Below are positions 21,372 to 36,767 of a stretch of DNA of 64,000 nucleotides, one piece after another. Below the pieces are notes generated by a model. The model saw only the letters and a program-made list of their open reading frames with translations, searched no databases and was not told the origin of the DNA. The stretch is from NCBI RefSeq assembly GCF_009914755.1, contig NC_060940.1. The stretch is one strand, 5' to 3'. The first letter of the stretch is position 1; each line of letters starts with the position of its first letter. This DNA is from the human T2T-CHM13v2.0 reference genome, Homo sapiens. The translations under genes were made by a program, and so were the position numbers.

Positions 21372-22297
21372 TCCCTGAACTTCAGTGTCAAGTCACTGTC
21401 AGGGACCGGTAGCAGCCCAGGATCTTCCTGCTGAATTGATGGCCTTGTTGCACGGAGTTCCTCCTCCTCTTGCTGGTTGCCCTTTCTTTTCTTCAGGGTG
21501 AAATATTCTATTCACTCTCATGTTGAGGGCAGCATACTTGAGGCATCAGGCCCACACACATGCTCCCACACACACTCTCTCTCTCTCTCTTTCTCTTTCT
21601 TTGCCATTTCCCTTGTATCTCTCTCATTTTGCACCTGTTCTGTGACTCTCTCGTCTGAATCTCAGGAAACTTTGGAGGAAGGATAGGGACTGCTGGGAAA
21701 TCCTCCAGGAACAAGGTTAGGAAATTTGAAGGGCCTGTCTAGCCAAAGCAGCCCTCCCCTTTTTAGTTCCATGTCAGCCAGGAGCATGTGAAGCAGCCCT
21801 CAGTGATCAGCCTGCATGGGGTTTGTCCCTTGCGAGAGGCCCAGCTCAGCTAGGAGCCCTGGTTTGTTGCTTGCATCCCATGCTGTCCCCGGGCCAGGAT
21901 GCTAAGACCTGCCATTCTGATCTTGCTTTATTCACCAAGATTTACCTTTGTGTTTTCTTCTAGGAGTTCTATAGTTTTAGCTCTTACATTTAGGTCTCTG
22001 ATCCACTTTGAGTTAATTTTTGTATATGGTGTGAGACAGGGGGTCCAACTTCATTCTTTTGCATGTGGCTATTCGGTTGTCCTATTATCATTTGTGGAAA
22101 AGACTATTATTTCCCCATTGAGTTATACTCGCATGTTGTCAGCCATTAATTTTAATTGTCACTGTCAGCTCAGTGGTTTCAGTGTCAGCATGCATTAATG
22201 TCTTAGTCTGTTTTGTGCTGCTGTAACAGAATACCTGAGACTGGGTAATTATATATTTTACATAAAATATATACAGCATTGTATATATGGATACATG

Positions 22298-22633
22298 CAG
22301 TCATCCCTCAATATCTGCGAAGAACTGGTGCCAGAACCCACCTGTGGATACCAAAATCCACAGATGTTCAAGTCCTTTTCATGTAACCTATGCACATCCT
22401 CCCATATACTTTAAGTCATCTCTAGATTACATAAAATACCTAACATAATGCCTATACATCACTTCATTCACATGGATTCAACATAGTACTTGGTATGTGG
22501 CAAATTCAAGTTTTGCTTTTTGGAACTTTGTAGATCTTTTTTGAACTTTGTAGATTTTTTTTCCAAATAATTCAGATCCATGGTTGGCTGAACCCATGGA
22601 TGTGAAATCCATGGATACAGAGGGCCAGTTTTG
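22298..22633. mobile_element. MER2-type (TcMar-Tigger) DNA transposon fossil
   Basis: Degenerate TIRs cagtcatccctcaatatc ... ggatacagagggccag. Confidence 0.75.
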
Positions 22634-22634
22634 T

Positions 22635-23250
22635 ATGTGTGTGTGTGTGTGTGTAGTTTATATATATATGTCATATATATTATTATATATAATATATATT
22701 ATATTATATATTATTATATATAATATATATTATATTATATATTATATAATTATATTATATTATATATATTATATAATTATATATTATTATATGTTATATA
22801 TTATTATATATTATATATTATTATATATTATATATTATATAATATTATATATTATTATATATTATATATTATATAATATTATATATTATATATTATTATA
22901 TATTATATATTATTATATATTATATATTATTATATATTATATATTATTATATATTATATATTATATATTATATAATATTATATATTATATATATTATTAT
23001 ATATTATATATTATATAATATATATTATATTATTATATATTATATAATATATATTATATTATTATATATATATTATAATATAATATATTATATAATATAT
23101 TATATAATATATATTTTATAATATAATTTATAATTTATAAATTTATATTTATAATTATATATGTTATATAGTTATATATTATTATATATAATAATATATG
23201 ACAATTATATAACATATATAATATATTAGTATTAGGTTATATTATTATCA
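22635..23250. repeat. (TG)n then ~600-bp (TA/TAT)n low-complexity tract
   Basis: Nearly pure A/T. Confidence 0.95.
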
Positions 23251-23827
23251 TTATAATCAGAAACTTACTTGTCTGAAATTTAATGAGCCACAGTTCTAGG
23301 AGCAAGCCCAAGATCAAGGAGCTGCATCTTGCCGCACCATCCCATGGCAGAAGGGCAAAGAGAGGGCGAGAGAGAGCAAGAGATCAAACTCACAGCCTCA
23401 AGCCCTTTTATAACCAGCATTAATCCATTCTTCAAGGCGGAGCCCTCATGACCTAAACACCTCCCAGTATGCCCCACCTCCCAACACTGTTGCATTGGGA
23501 TTTAAGTTTCCAACACAGGCTTTTCGGAGACACATTGAAATCATATAATAGCAATTGACTTTAGTTTACCTGCTCACTTCTCAGGTCTGTATTGGTTTGA
23601 GTTGTAAGAAGAAATCTTATTGAGCCTGAGGTACATGTATTAATTTTATTTTAAAATTGATTATATAATTTGATTTGCATTGCATGGGATAAGGATTTAA
23701 TGTCTTAATTTCCTGGATAGAATAAGAAATGAACAAATGACTTTTGCACACAGACCTTACTGGGCAGAGCTGTTTCGTTGTGATCATGAAGCCACTCCTT
23801 TGTTTTGCCTGCTTGTGTTCCTGCTAG

Positions 23828-23935
23828 GTAACGATGACTCGGACATAGACATCCAGGAGGACGATGAATCCGACAGTGAGTTGGAAGAAAGGCGGCTGCC
23901 CAAGCCACAGACAGCCATGGAGATGCTCATGCAAG
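23828..23935 (+). CDS. CLUAP1: CLUAP1 exon: (S)[35 protein letters not shown](G)
   Basis: gttcctgctag acceptor, 108 nt, AAG|gtaccc donor, phase 1-1. Confidence 0.93.
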
Positions 23936-24334
23936 GTACCCCGGCGTCTTTCGCTGGACTTCCTCCCTGCGCCCTGTTTCACAGAACACCTGGCCAGGAC
24001 TGGGGCAGGCTGCTTAGTATTGAGGCCCACAAGCGTGCTGCGAATGGCCCCTAGAAGCAGCTCTTGCTCAGGTTTATCCTGTCCTGTTGTTTATGGCTCT
24101 TGAACTGCTCAGTGGTCATGTTTGCTCCTTGTCTGTGATCCCAAGACTGGATGGTTCATATTTATGGCTTGGTATTTCTCACAGCCACAAGAACACATTG
24201 CCTCTGCCACTCTCAGTGCAGTGATATACTTAATAGCCTGAGAATTAATGCAGAAAGGGACTTAAATGAGCATCTCTGCCTTAAAAAAAGTTCTTCTAAT
24301 TCCTTTACTCATCACAAAAGATTCAAGCAACAAA

Positions 24335-24490
24335 GCTCAGCGCAGTGGTGCACACCTTATTCCCAGCTACTCAGGAGGCTGAGGCAGAAGGATCATTTGA
24401 GCCTAGGAGCTCGGAGCTGTAGTATGTGATGATTGTGTCCGTGAATATCCACTGCATTCCGGCCCGGGCAACATAGAGGGGCTCTTAAAA
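24335..24490 (+). mobile_element. FAM-like fossil Alu monomer (7SL-derived)
   Basis: gctgtagtatgtgatgattgtgtccgtgaatatccactgcattcc resembles the FAM-specific segment. Confidence 0.65.
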
Positions 24491-24499
24491 CTAAGTTAA

Positions 24500-25965
<1,466 letters not shown>

Positions 25966-26044
25966 AGAAAACAAATCTTGAATGCTATTTCCTGCTTTAT
26001 TTTCCAAGATTTTTATGACTTCTTCATGCTTTTGTTGTTCTCAG

Positions 26045-26100
26045 GAAGACCTGGCAAACGCATTGTGGGCACGATGCAAGGTGGAGACTCCGATGACAAT
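26045..26100 (+). CDS. CLUAP1: CLUAP1 exon: (G)RPGKRIVGTMQGGDSDDN
   Basis: ttgttctcag acceptor, 56 nt, AAT|gtaagt donor. Confidence 0.93.
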
Positions 26101-26357
26101 GTAAGTCCCCCGCTCCCCTCAGTGGTTCTGTGCACTCTGGGTTTGGCTGTCCCCATAGATGGGAGTGGCTGAGTTGCTGTCAGCAGCCAGGGAGCCGTCT
26201 ATGGTCAGCCCGGCCGTGCCTCGATGCGTGGCAGGGTTTGGCCTCATGAGGCTCTGGACTCTTCGTTGCTCGTGGATGGCTCATCTCTTTTCAAGTGAAT
26301 GTGCTTGCTCTGCTTTTTTTGCCTTCTCACTGTTCTTTCCATTCTCGCTTTCCAAAG

Positions 26358-26414
26358 ATGGAAGCAGCACCAGCTCTCTTAGGTAAATGCAAGACTTCCA
26401 GCTCCAAGAAGCAG
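26358..26414 (+). CDS. CLUAP1: Putative CLUAP1 in-frame cassette exon, 19 aa MEAAPALLGKCKTSSSKKQ
   Basis: Long pyrimidine tract ending tccaaag, 57 nt with no stop in phase 0, CAG|gttggt donor; lies between two phase-0 junctions. Confidence 0.6.
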
Positions 26415-27319
26415 GTTGGTTTTCTGTTCTGCCTCATGTGTTTGTGGGTGTCTGTCAGCCCTCCCGGGGCCAGCCAGGGGCCTCTCCCTAGGAGTGATGC
26501 TTCCTCTCTCCTGGGCAAAAAGGCCACTCAAAAGAGATCCTGTGGTGACAGCGGGATCACTGAAGGCCCCTGTGCTAAAGTGGAGGCGCAGGCACGGAGC
26601 CTGGAGGCGGGGAAAGCTCAGGCCGGGCCATCCTCAGGCCCTGGGCCGCCACCTAGAAATGAAGGAGGACGCCGAGGGCCGGGCTCAGGACCAACCCCCC
26701 TCCCTGTTCTGTGCTGGGGACGGAATGGTGAAGCAGCACTGTCCCCAGACCAGGCCCTCGAGGTGCCAGGCATGAGGCTGAGACATAAGCTGCCTTGAGC
26801 TTTACTGAGTGGATAACTCCCTGGAGCACTTAAGCAAAAGGGGATTCTAGGGGTCCTCAGTGAGGTCCAGTCATCAGGGCTCTGCCGCCCATTGCTCAAG
26901 CCTACGTTCTTTGTTGCGTCCCTGGCAGTGCTGCTCGGCCCACACAGCAAAGGGCGACTCAACAGAGACTGACCCCAGGCTGCCTCCATGTGCCCTGAAT
27001 TTACAGGGCACAGTCTGTAGAGAAGCAGAGAGAGCAACTGGAAAATAATTTTCCTAACAAGCTCGGGTGTGGATGGTATACAGCGTCTCTCCGTCTTGCC
27101 CACCCAAGACAGAAGCAGAGGGAGTGTGGCGTGGGTGCTGGCAATGCTGAGGCAGCACCGCCTGCCTCTTCTCCAGGGTTTGCCTTCTCTCTCCTCAGAG
27201 CGAATGCATTAGTCGCAGCTGAGCTTTATGCCTGGTGGTCACTTGTTTATTTCAAGGAGGCTGTGTCCATGCCGCCCTCCAGGCACAGGGTTCCATGCTT
27301 TACGTGTTCAGGCATCCAA

Positions 27320-28680
27320 CACGTGTCTGTTGAGTGCCTGCCACATGCCAGTGCTGTCGTGGATTATGGGGAACGCAGCAGGGGCAGAGGCAAGCCCCCG
27401 CTTCATGGCTCACACCCCAGCAATAATGATGGATTGTCGGATCAGGGCTCATGGTGTTAACAGGAGGAATAACAGCTTCAGGGGACAGGGAGTGACAGGG
27501 AACAAGGAGGGGGTGGCGTCTTCTGCGAGGTCAGTGAAGGCCCCTGACGTGGTGGTGTTTGAGCAGGGCCTGAGTGGAGGGAGCGAGCGCATGGGTTGGC
27601 GGCACCTGGGCATGTGGAATGCACTCCTCGCATCGAGGAGCAGAGGCAGCTGGTGTGATTGTGGGTGAGTGCGAGAGGCAGCAGGGGCCATGCAGAGCTT
27701 TGCAGGGTGAGATGAAGACTCTGTTTTCTCTGAGTGTGAGGGGAAGGCCCTGAAGAATCATGAGCCCAGAAGGGTCAAGAGCTGATGATCCCTGTTTGAG
27801 AGAAGCCAGTTAGGAGGCGCCTGCACCCGTGGAGGTCAGAGGTGACGGTGCTTGGCCGAAGGTGTGGCAGCAGAGGTGTTGAGAAATGGTCAGGTCCTGG
27901 GTCTCTCTAAGAACCATCAGGTTTTGTGAATTGATTGGACATAGGCTGTTAGAGAAAGAGAAAAATGAGGGTGCCTGGGCTTGGTCTAATCAGCAGAAAG
28001 CAGAGTTTCATTTTCTGAGATGGGGCCGACTTGACAAAGGGGCTTGGAAGGCAGATCGAAAGTTTGATTTTGGACATTCTGAATGTGACAGCCACATGCT
28101 AGGGTTGAGTAGCCAGGTGGAATTTAAGTCTGGAGTTCAAGGGCCACGTCTGGGCTAGAGATTGAATTTTGGGAGCCACCCTTATTTGGTTGGTATCTAA
28201 GCCACAAGGATAGATGTGACTGCCTAGGGAGAGCAAGTAGAATGAGAAGAGAGGCGACCCAAGGTCCTGAGCTGCATCTGCCCTGCAGAGGTCCGGGAGG
28301 AAGGGGCAGGCAGAGGAGGCTGAGGGGCGTCAGCAGTGAGGAAGGGGGACCTGGACTAGAGAAGGGGCCCTGGGGGATGGAGAAGATGGGTTTTAAGGAT
28401 GAAGGGGTGATTCCACAGCTCAAGCAGGATGAGGCCTGAGAATCGATCCCAGTCCGTTGAATGTTTCCTTCTTGACAGGAGCAGTGCTGGGGTCAGTAGG
28501 TGAGAGCCCGGGGGAACTGAAGCAGTCGTGAGGGGCACAGGTGTGGACAGTGAGTTCAACGACTCGCTCAGGAGCTTTGTGTGAGGGGAGAGAGACAGGG
28601 CAGAGCAGCTGGAGAGGAAGGTGGGATTACCTTTGGGGTTTTTTTTCAAGAAGGAAATTACAGCATGAGTGTGCACCGAC
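27320..28680 (+). mobile_element. Degenerate L2-like LINE region
   Basis: Purine-rich L2-type motifs (aagtttgattttggacatt...gaatgtga; gagattgaattttgggagcca). Confidence 0.5.
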
Positions 28681-29380
28681 AGGAATGATCTAGATAGAAC
28701 GACCAGCCATCCTGGTTTACATGGGACGCAGGAACTGCCGTTTTAAAGCTGGGCTGAGTTGGTCACCCTGGAGCCCTGGATCCGATGAGGAGAGAGAGGG
28801 TGTGTCTTTCACTTTGCTCCCTTTTTTTCTTTTTTTTCTTTTTTTTTTGAGATGGAGTCTTGCTTTGGAGTGCAGTGGTGCAATCTCGGCTCACTGCACC
28901 TCTGCCTCCCAGGTTCAAGCGATTCTTCTGCCTCAGTCTCCGGAGTAGCTGGGATTCACTTTGCTCCTTATACCAATGTCTATGTTGCTTTCCATCCACA
29001 ATCTACAAAAAGCCAAAACAGGCCTCCCTTCCCTCTCTCCAAGCCCCTGTCCTTCTTGCCATCTGTAGGGGGAGTCTCTAGGTCCAGTGGCCCTCAGCGC
29101 AGATGCAGAGTGCTTCTTAGACGCTGCGGGAAAGCCAGCCCCTGCAGCACCACACCCAGATGCACCTGCAGTTTGGAGGATTCTGGTTGGATGATAAATT
29201 CCAGCTGGCAGTACATAGCCTCAGTCCCATCTGTATGCCCTCCCACAGCCTGCTTGCCACTCTGCCAGCCTCTTCCTTCACACAGGGATGCTGCTATAGA
29301 AAGGGAGGCAGAGAGTCTTAGGACAAGATGTCAGGAATGAGGCAGGATCCCCCGTTGCATCTGCCATTTTTTTCCTATAG

Positions 29381-29530
<150 letters not shown>

Positions 29531-30063
29531 CCCTTTTGCCAAGGGACCCTGGCAGATTAAAACCCTCAGACTTGTAGGTAAATGGGAACTTAGAAGGTTA
29601 GGAAGGTAACCCCTGTTTTGTTTACTAAGCTGGCTGGACTCATGATCACTGAAGCAATACTTATTTCTGCTTTAGCCTCCTATGTTTGCATTCCATGAAG
29701 CTTAAATAAGAATTGAAGCAAATCCCTAAGATTTATTTTTTTCCACCTTATTTATCTTCTAAAACTTGAGGAATGCATGTGTTCTTAGTGATTCACATCC
29801 ACGGGACAAAAACTCAAGAAGAAATAAGAGCTGACGCCACACAAGTCTTGGCTGCTTTTGTTACTATACATTTTCTCTGAGACTCCAGCAGAGTTGGGGC
29901 TGGAACTTGGCACTGGGGACTCATGTTTGGAATCGTAGGGGAACATCTGGCTGTTAATCACTTGCACAGTTGAGAACATTTCCTATACATCGGCTTTTAA
30001 TTCTAGCTCTTATTTCATTTTGTAATCTTATTTTCTTTCGTCTGCATGTTCACAATACCAAGC

Positions 30064-30069
30064 ATTAAA
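30064..30069 (+). terminator. Candidate proximal CLUAP1 poly(A) signal ATTAAA
   Basis: Hexamer ~530 nt after stop in AU-rich context with downstream T-run. Confidence 0.55.
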
Positions 30070-30646
30070 TGTATTTTAATAACTAAACTTTTCTGAAAGA
30101 AGGTTAGCTAAAGTTAAATGAAAACTTGGTTTCTTTGAAAATCAGGCAATAGAGACAGGCTCCAGATGAGGAATCCTCCATTTTCTGTCCGAAGCTGACA
30201 TTCCTCTGGCAGTCCAGTTCACCTTGGATTACAGCCACCTTCATGTTTCCACGGTTGGTACTAAATCTGGAAACTCTGGTGACCTGGGCTGCCCTCTCAG
30301 AAACTCCAGACTCCCATGGCAATGACAGCCGGGACACTTTTCTTCCCTCCAGCCAGGGTTTCTCTAAAGGAGCTTTGTTTTGTCTAAAGTGTGGCAAGAC
30401 ATAGTGCACAACACAGGGACAAAGGCAGGTTTCCTGCAGCTCGCTACCTAAGTGTTTCTGTAGGGGAAGGAGCCAATTAAGAAAAAGTGTTGGTACAGAT
30501 TCATGTTTCTGATTTAAAAAAACAACAACACAGGATTGAATTAAGTAGAGTAATAGCACTAGAAGAATTTTTCTGTTGTGAAATTAGAAGTGGAGTTGGT
30601 TTTTTTCTTTTTTCTTCTTCTTTTTTTTTAATATGAAAAGTACTTA

Positions 30647-31316
<670 letters not shown>

Positions 31317-32309
31317 TTATTTTACAATTAAAAAGTCAGAAGACTTCTGAAGTTACTTATCTTTTAATACATGTATTTAACACCATACTTCATATTATTA
31401 AATAGGTTTTACTTAAAAATATAATTATTGTATTTGTACCTGTCAGATATAAATACTTATTCAGGAGTTCACAGGTACGAAAAGATACACATAAATTTTA
31501 GGAACTTTTGAGTTATTTCTGTCATTTTTGCTTTTTTCTCTTTCTTTTCCTAAATTTTATGTATAAGATTACCCCTAAAAAAAAAAAAACAGCCAGTATT
31601 CAGTGAATTCACCAGTAATTTGAAATGCACCATATTGTAAATGATCCACTGACAGGGAAGCCAGCGTGTTGGAGCCATGCCAGCCACCTCAGACACCGTG
31701 GCTCTAAGATGCGGAAGAGTCACTGCATCTTCTTGAATGTTACAGATTTGGTTTGCCTGAATGTGACTTGACTTCTGTTTTGAAAAAACATACGAATAGA
31801 GTTCTATTTTCCTTATGTGATGCTTTCTTCTAACACACTTTAACACAGAAGCCTAACCTAGCTACAAAGAGCCTATCCACAGACATAGGCAACAGCTCCA
31901 AAGGGTATTTCATTGTGTCACCTGCTTCTAGATCATCTGTTAGTTAACTGACTTTGTGCAAGGTCTCACCATGTATAGCACTGCCTTGCTTGAGCACGGA
32001 AGTTTCTGTCAACAGCAAGCTTTATGTGCTCTATCATTTTTATTAAAGTATTTCAGTCAATAGTGACCCATTGTAGAATGGATGCAGGATTCACATGTGC
32101 AAGTGCTTTGTGACCTGGCACCATTTGGTTTTGGCCAAGCAGCAGAGCAGACCTCAGGACCTAACGAGGATGGTTGTGATTAGGTCAAATAGAAAACTAG
32201 CAGGCCATTGCTGACAATTTTTACTATATAATTAGAGGACTTCCTAAAATGCTTTAAAAAAAAATGTGTATGGATGGAAAATACAAAGGAATTTTTCAAA
32301 TACTCAATT

Positions 32310-32315
32310 TTTATT
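32310..32315 (-). terminator. Candidate NLRC3 poly(A) signal AATAAA
   Basis: tttatt on + strand; on - strand followed ~25-60 nt later by T/GT-rich sequence. Confidence 0.65.
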
Positions 32316-33779
32316 GGTAGTAGTTATCAAGAACAAAGTCCTCGGACTTCTGATGGGAAATCTGAACTGCTGTTTCTCTTTTAGCGTACAAGAAGAAATA
32401 GATCCCTCTCATTAGCACTTTAATATCAGTGTCACGTGTCTGGAAGGAAATTGTATTCATTTAGGTAAGCAACACACTACATAAATATCATAGCTGTTAG
32501 ACCCAGGGGACTCTCAGGTGCCAGAATTGGGGACTCCTTTAATTGGAAGGGAGCTAAAGGGTCTACCTCCTACCTAGAAGTCCTTTCTATGTGGATATGA
32601 ATTAAATTCTCTTGTCTGTTTTGCTCTGATGGGGTCTGTGTGGGCTAGCTGGCTCTGGTGTGTGCCTGACGACAGACTGAACTCCTTAACCATTTCAGAC
32701 AGCTTGAAGATGTATGATCATTATTTGAAAAGGGAGAGAGGGAGGACTCTTTGTTTTCTCCACCAGTTTGGCTCCTGAGGTTTCTTCAGCGTTAGGTTTC
32801 TGTAGGGCCCAGCTTTCTCCAGTGTTTGGCTACTGCAACTCTGTGTTCTGCCAGTCTCTTAACTCAGACAGAAACAATGCAAACCAGCAGACAGAGCATC
32901 ACCTTGAAAGTACTAAAACAGCTGTCAATCTAGAAATCTCTGCCCCGCAAAAACTGTCATAAATACTGCAAGACCCATGTTCAGATTTCCCCCCTTTTAC
33001 AAATAATGTTTTGTTTTATTTCCCAGCTACTACAAGTGATCCAAATGTTCTTTATAGCAGACTTTTTCCTGCAGTCTAGGATCCAGTCAGAGATCTTGCA
33101 TTAAATTATATCTCTGTAATCTTTAATTTCACGCTATCTGCAATGTTTTGTGTTTTTCATGACATTGATGTTTTTGATGAGGTCAGGCCATTTATTCTGC
33201 AGAATATCTGTCAATTTGGATTTTTTCTAATTGTTCTTTCATGATTAGAATCAGGCAAACATTTTTTGACAAGAATACATCAGAGACGACTCCGTGGTGC
33301 ATCAGACTGGGGGCATGTGATGTCTGTGTGTCCCATTATTGGCGATGTTCAATTCTGTCACTTCTGTTGAGGCTGCATTTGCCAGATTTCAGATTAAGGT
33401 ACCTTTTTCCCTTTGTAAATTAGGATATCACCTTTGTGGGGTGCCGTTTTGAGACTGCAAGGATATCATCTTCCCGAGTAGGCCTTCATCCATGGCCTCA
33501 GCATCCATGATGGTTCCTGTCCGGATGCTCACTTTTGAAGAAACATTTCAAATAATAGTGATTCCTTTCCAATTCAAAAGTAATCATTGCTTTATAGTCT
33601 TCATAAATATTTTCTGTGGTTATTTAGTTGATGAAAGCTGTTGATGTCCATTTGGATTTTTTTCCCTCCAACACAAACAGCTGCAGGAATTGGTGCCACA
33701 TAGAGGCTCAGCTTGCCTGTCTCCATGGAAGCTGTGGCCACAGCAGTGGCTTTGGAAGCCTAGTAAGGAATGACATCAC

Positions 33780-34524
<745 letters not shown>

Positions 34525-35083
34525 CTAGAATTAAAACTTTCATTTATCTTCACAATTTTCCCATAGCTTTTTCATGTCTGTAAGGATGATACCCTGAAAT
34601 CTTCTTCTTGAGAAGATAAAGAAGGGTCCCCTCTGTTACCCCTACCAAACGGATGCTCCTCACGGGCTTGAGGTGGCAGCTCATCTCAGAGCATGGGATG
34701 ATTTTTAACCAGGTGAGTGGAAAGGGGCAGTAATAAACATTTTTAAAGGTTGGGGACACATGAAGTCCTCAGGGTGTAAAGCTGGAACCAGCCTCCTGTA
34801 CTGCTCAGCTTTCAGGCCTTTGGCCCCTAGTCCCTTGGGGGTGGCCCCTCCCTTCTCTGTGCCATAACAGAGTACCCGTCACCCCCTGCCTGGACCACTC
34901 CTGCAGCAGAAGAGGAGCTCACGACCTCCTCCGGCAGCACCTCTCCTTCCTCCCTGCAGAGCCCGGCTCTCGTGCTGAGCAAGCAGCGTTCCCAGCTCCC
35001 AGACAGGCCCCCCAGAAGTCGGCCTTTCTGTTCAAAAGCTTCCAGCTGAGCATCTGCCCATTCTCCTGATCCGTCCACCAGGA

Positions 35084-35174
35084 TCACATTTCAACAGTGC
35101 ACGTGGGAGCATTTGTCTTGATGGCCTCTGAGATCATCCTGGCCCCGGAGTCCCCAATGTGGTTTCCCTGGAGA
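35084..35174 (-). CDS. NLRC3: NLRC3 last coding exon: (N)LQGNHIGDSGARMISEAIKTNAPTCTVEM*
   Basis: ctcttctag acceptor, LRR consensus, TGA. Confidence 0.95.
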
Positions 35175-35449
35175 CTAGAAGAGTAGGGTTAAGGCAGGGC
35201 TCAAAGCCTGCAGGTTCTCTTTAGTAGAGCAGGCCATACAATAGAAAATGCAGGACCCCATGCAAAGCCTTTGTGCTTCTAGGATCCCCTCGCTACATGG
35301 ACAAGGCTCAGGGTACCTCCCCTTAGACCAGGTTTCCCTATAGGCCTGCTGAAGCGTCTGGGGGTCAGCTGGCTCTCAGAACTGGGCAAAAGGCAGTGCG
35401 CCACCTGGAAGCAGTTCTAAGGGTGAGCAGGAAGGGCAGGTGCACTCAC

Positions 35450-35533
35450 TTGATATGCTGGAGCCTGTGGTTTCCAGACAGTGCTGTGGCAATGCATATC
35501 GCCCCGTCCATCCCCAGAGAATTCTCTTGAAGA
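35450..35533 (-). CDS. NLRC3: NLRC3 LRR exon LQENSLGMDGAICIATALSGNHRLQHI
   Basis: 84 nt, ag/gtgagt. Confidence 0.95.
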
Positions 35534-35950
35534 CTAAGTGGAAAAGAGATGGAGACACACGGTGAGCCATCAGGGCAGAAGGAAAACACCCGGGGAAGCA
35601 ACAGTGCATTGTCTGGGGGCAGTAACCCAGGCAGATGTGTCCACAGGTGCCATGGCAACTCCAGGTGGGAGTTGACCCTGGAGACAGGTGTCTACGAGTG
35701 GCCAGATTGTCCCACGCAAGTGCGCTGGAGGATGTAAGGCCATAAATGCAAGATGTGAGTGACTTCTGACTGAAGCTAAGCACACTCAACAAACCCAGCT
35801 GCAGTGGAATGTGGACTATAATAAGTCTGATTGTTTATATTCAGAAGGAAATAGCTACAGAAGAAATCAGGAGCATTTTATTCCATCAGGGAGGACCCAG
35901 CAGAGAACTCTGCTGCTCCAGGATGCAGGTAGGTCCCTCCAGCCACTTAC

Positions 35951-36034
35951 TTGAGTCTCCGGAGACTTGAGTTTACCTTCAGAGCATTTGCCAGGGCTTT
36001 GGCTCCAGCCACCCCAATGGCATTTCCTCTTAAG
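35951..36034 (-). CDS. NLRC3: NLRC3 LRR exon LRGNAIGVAGAKALANALKVNSSLRRL
   Basis: 84 nt, ag/gtaagt. Confidence 0.95.
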
Positions 36035-36683
36035 CTGTTGGGAAAGACAGGAAGCCTAAGGCATGGGTACAGGCTGAGAGGTGATACTGACCCCTCTGCG
36101 GGTGGGCTTGGGGCTGCTTGGTAGAGGAAACAAGGACTTCAGCAGTCACAGGAGGCCAGGGCTGTGCCTTCCTCACTCCAGGGCAACAGGGCAGAGCTGG
36201 CTCTGGGAAGCAGGGCACACAGGGGCATGGCTGGCCTAGCCAGGAGGGTTGTTGGAGCCTTCCTCCTCTTCCATTTCAAACAGAAAAGCGGGGCTGAGAC
36301 AGGAGAGGCAGCCCTCCATCTGGGCAGGTCCCCAGTGCTCCCAGCAAGGGCAGGAATTCTGAGGACATGCCTGAGCCTCAGAGCTGTAACCTCACCCCAG
36401 GACTTTGGATCTGCCCAGAGAACAAGATCAGCCCCCCTGGGACCCATAAACCAGGCCTCTAGACGTGTTCAGCCTGGCAAGGCCAACCCGGAGAGGAGGG
36501 CAAATGATAGCGACTCCCAGGGAAAGGCATGAAGTGGGGCTGGGAAACTGGTATACTTGCACTGAAATGAAGATCACCAGGATGATTTGTGAGTTGTCTG
36601 TAAACTTTGTCCCCATATCTATTCATTGAGAATTCATTGATTTCTTTGGGCTAAAGACCATAGATGGAGACTGGAATACTTAC

Positions 36684-36767
36684 TCGAGAATCTCCAAGGT
36701 TCTGTTCACAGCCAAGGCTTCCCCTAGCACCTGGGCGCCTGAAGCACCAATTGAGGCCACCTGGAGA
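36684..36767 (-). CDS. NLRC3: NLRC3 LRR exon LQVASIGASGAQVLGEALAVNRTLEIL
   Basis: 84 nt, ag/gtaagt. Confidence 0.95.

Larger units (their letters stand above)
22199..23555 (-). mobile_element. MaLR LTR (MST-like), split by MER2 and a TA tract
   Basis: tgtcttagtctgttttgtgctgctgtaacagaatacctgagactgggtaatt resumes ~23258 with agccctcatgacctaaacacctccc...gtttccaaca. Confidence 0.7.

Noticed and set aside
22584-23018. 144-aa Tyr/Ile ORF
   Set aside because: Translation of the TA tract
26101-26172. Read-through of the 26100 donor giving the C-terminus VSPPLPSVVLCTLGLAVPIDGSG*
   Set aside because: Donor is strong (gtaagt) and I saw no nearby poly(A) signal; cannot be supported without RNA data
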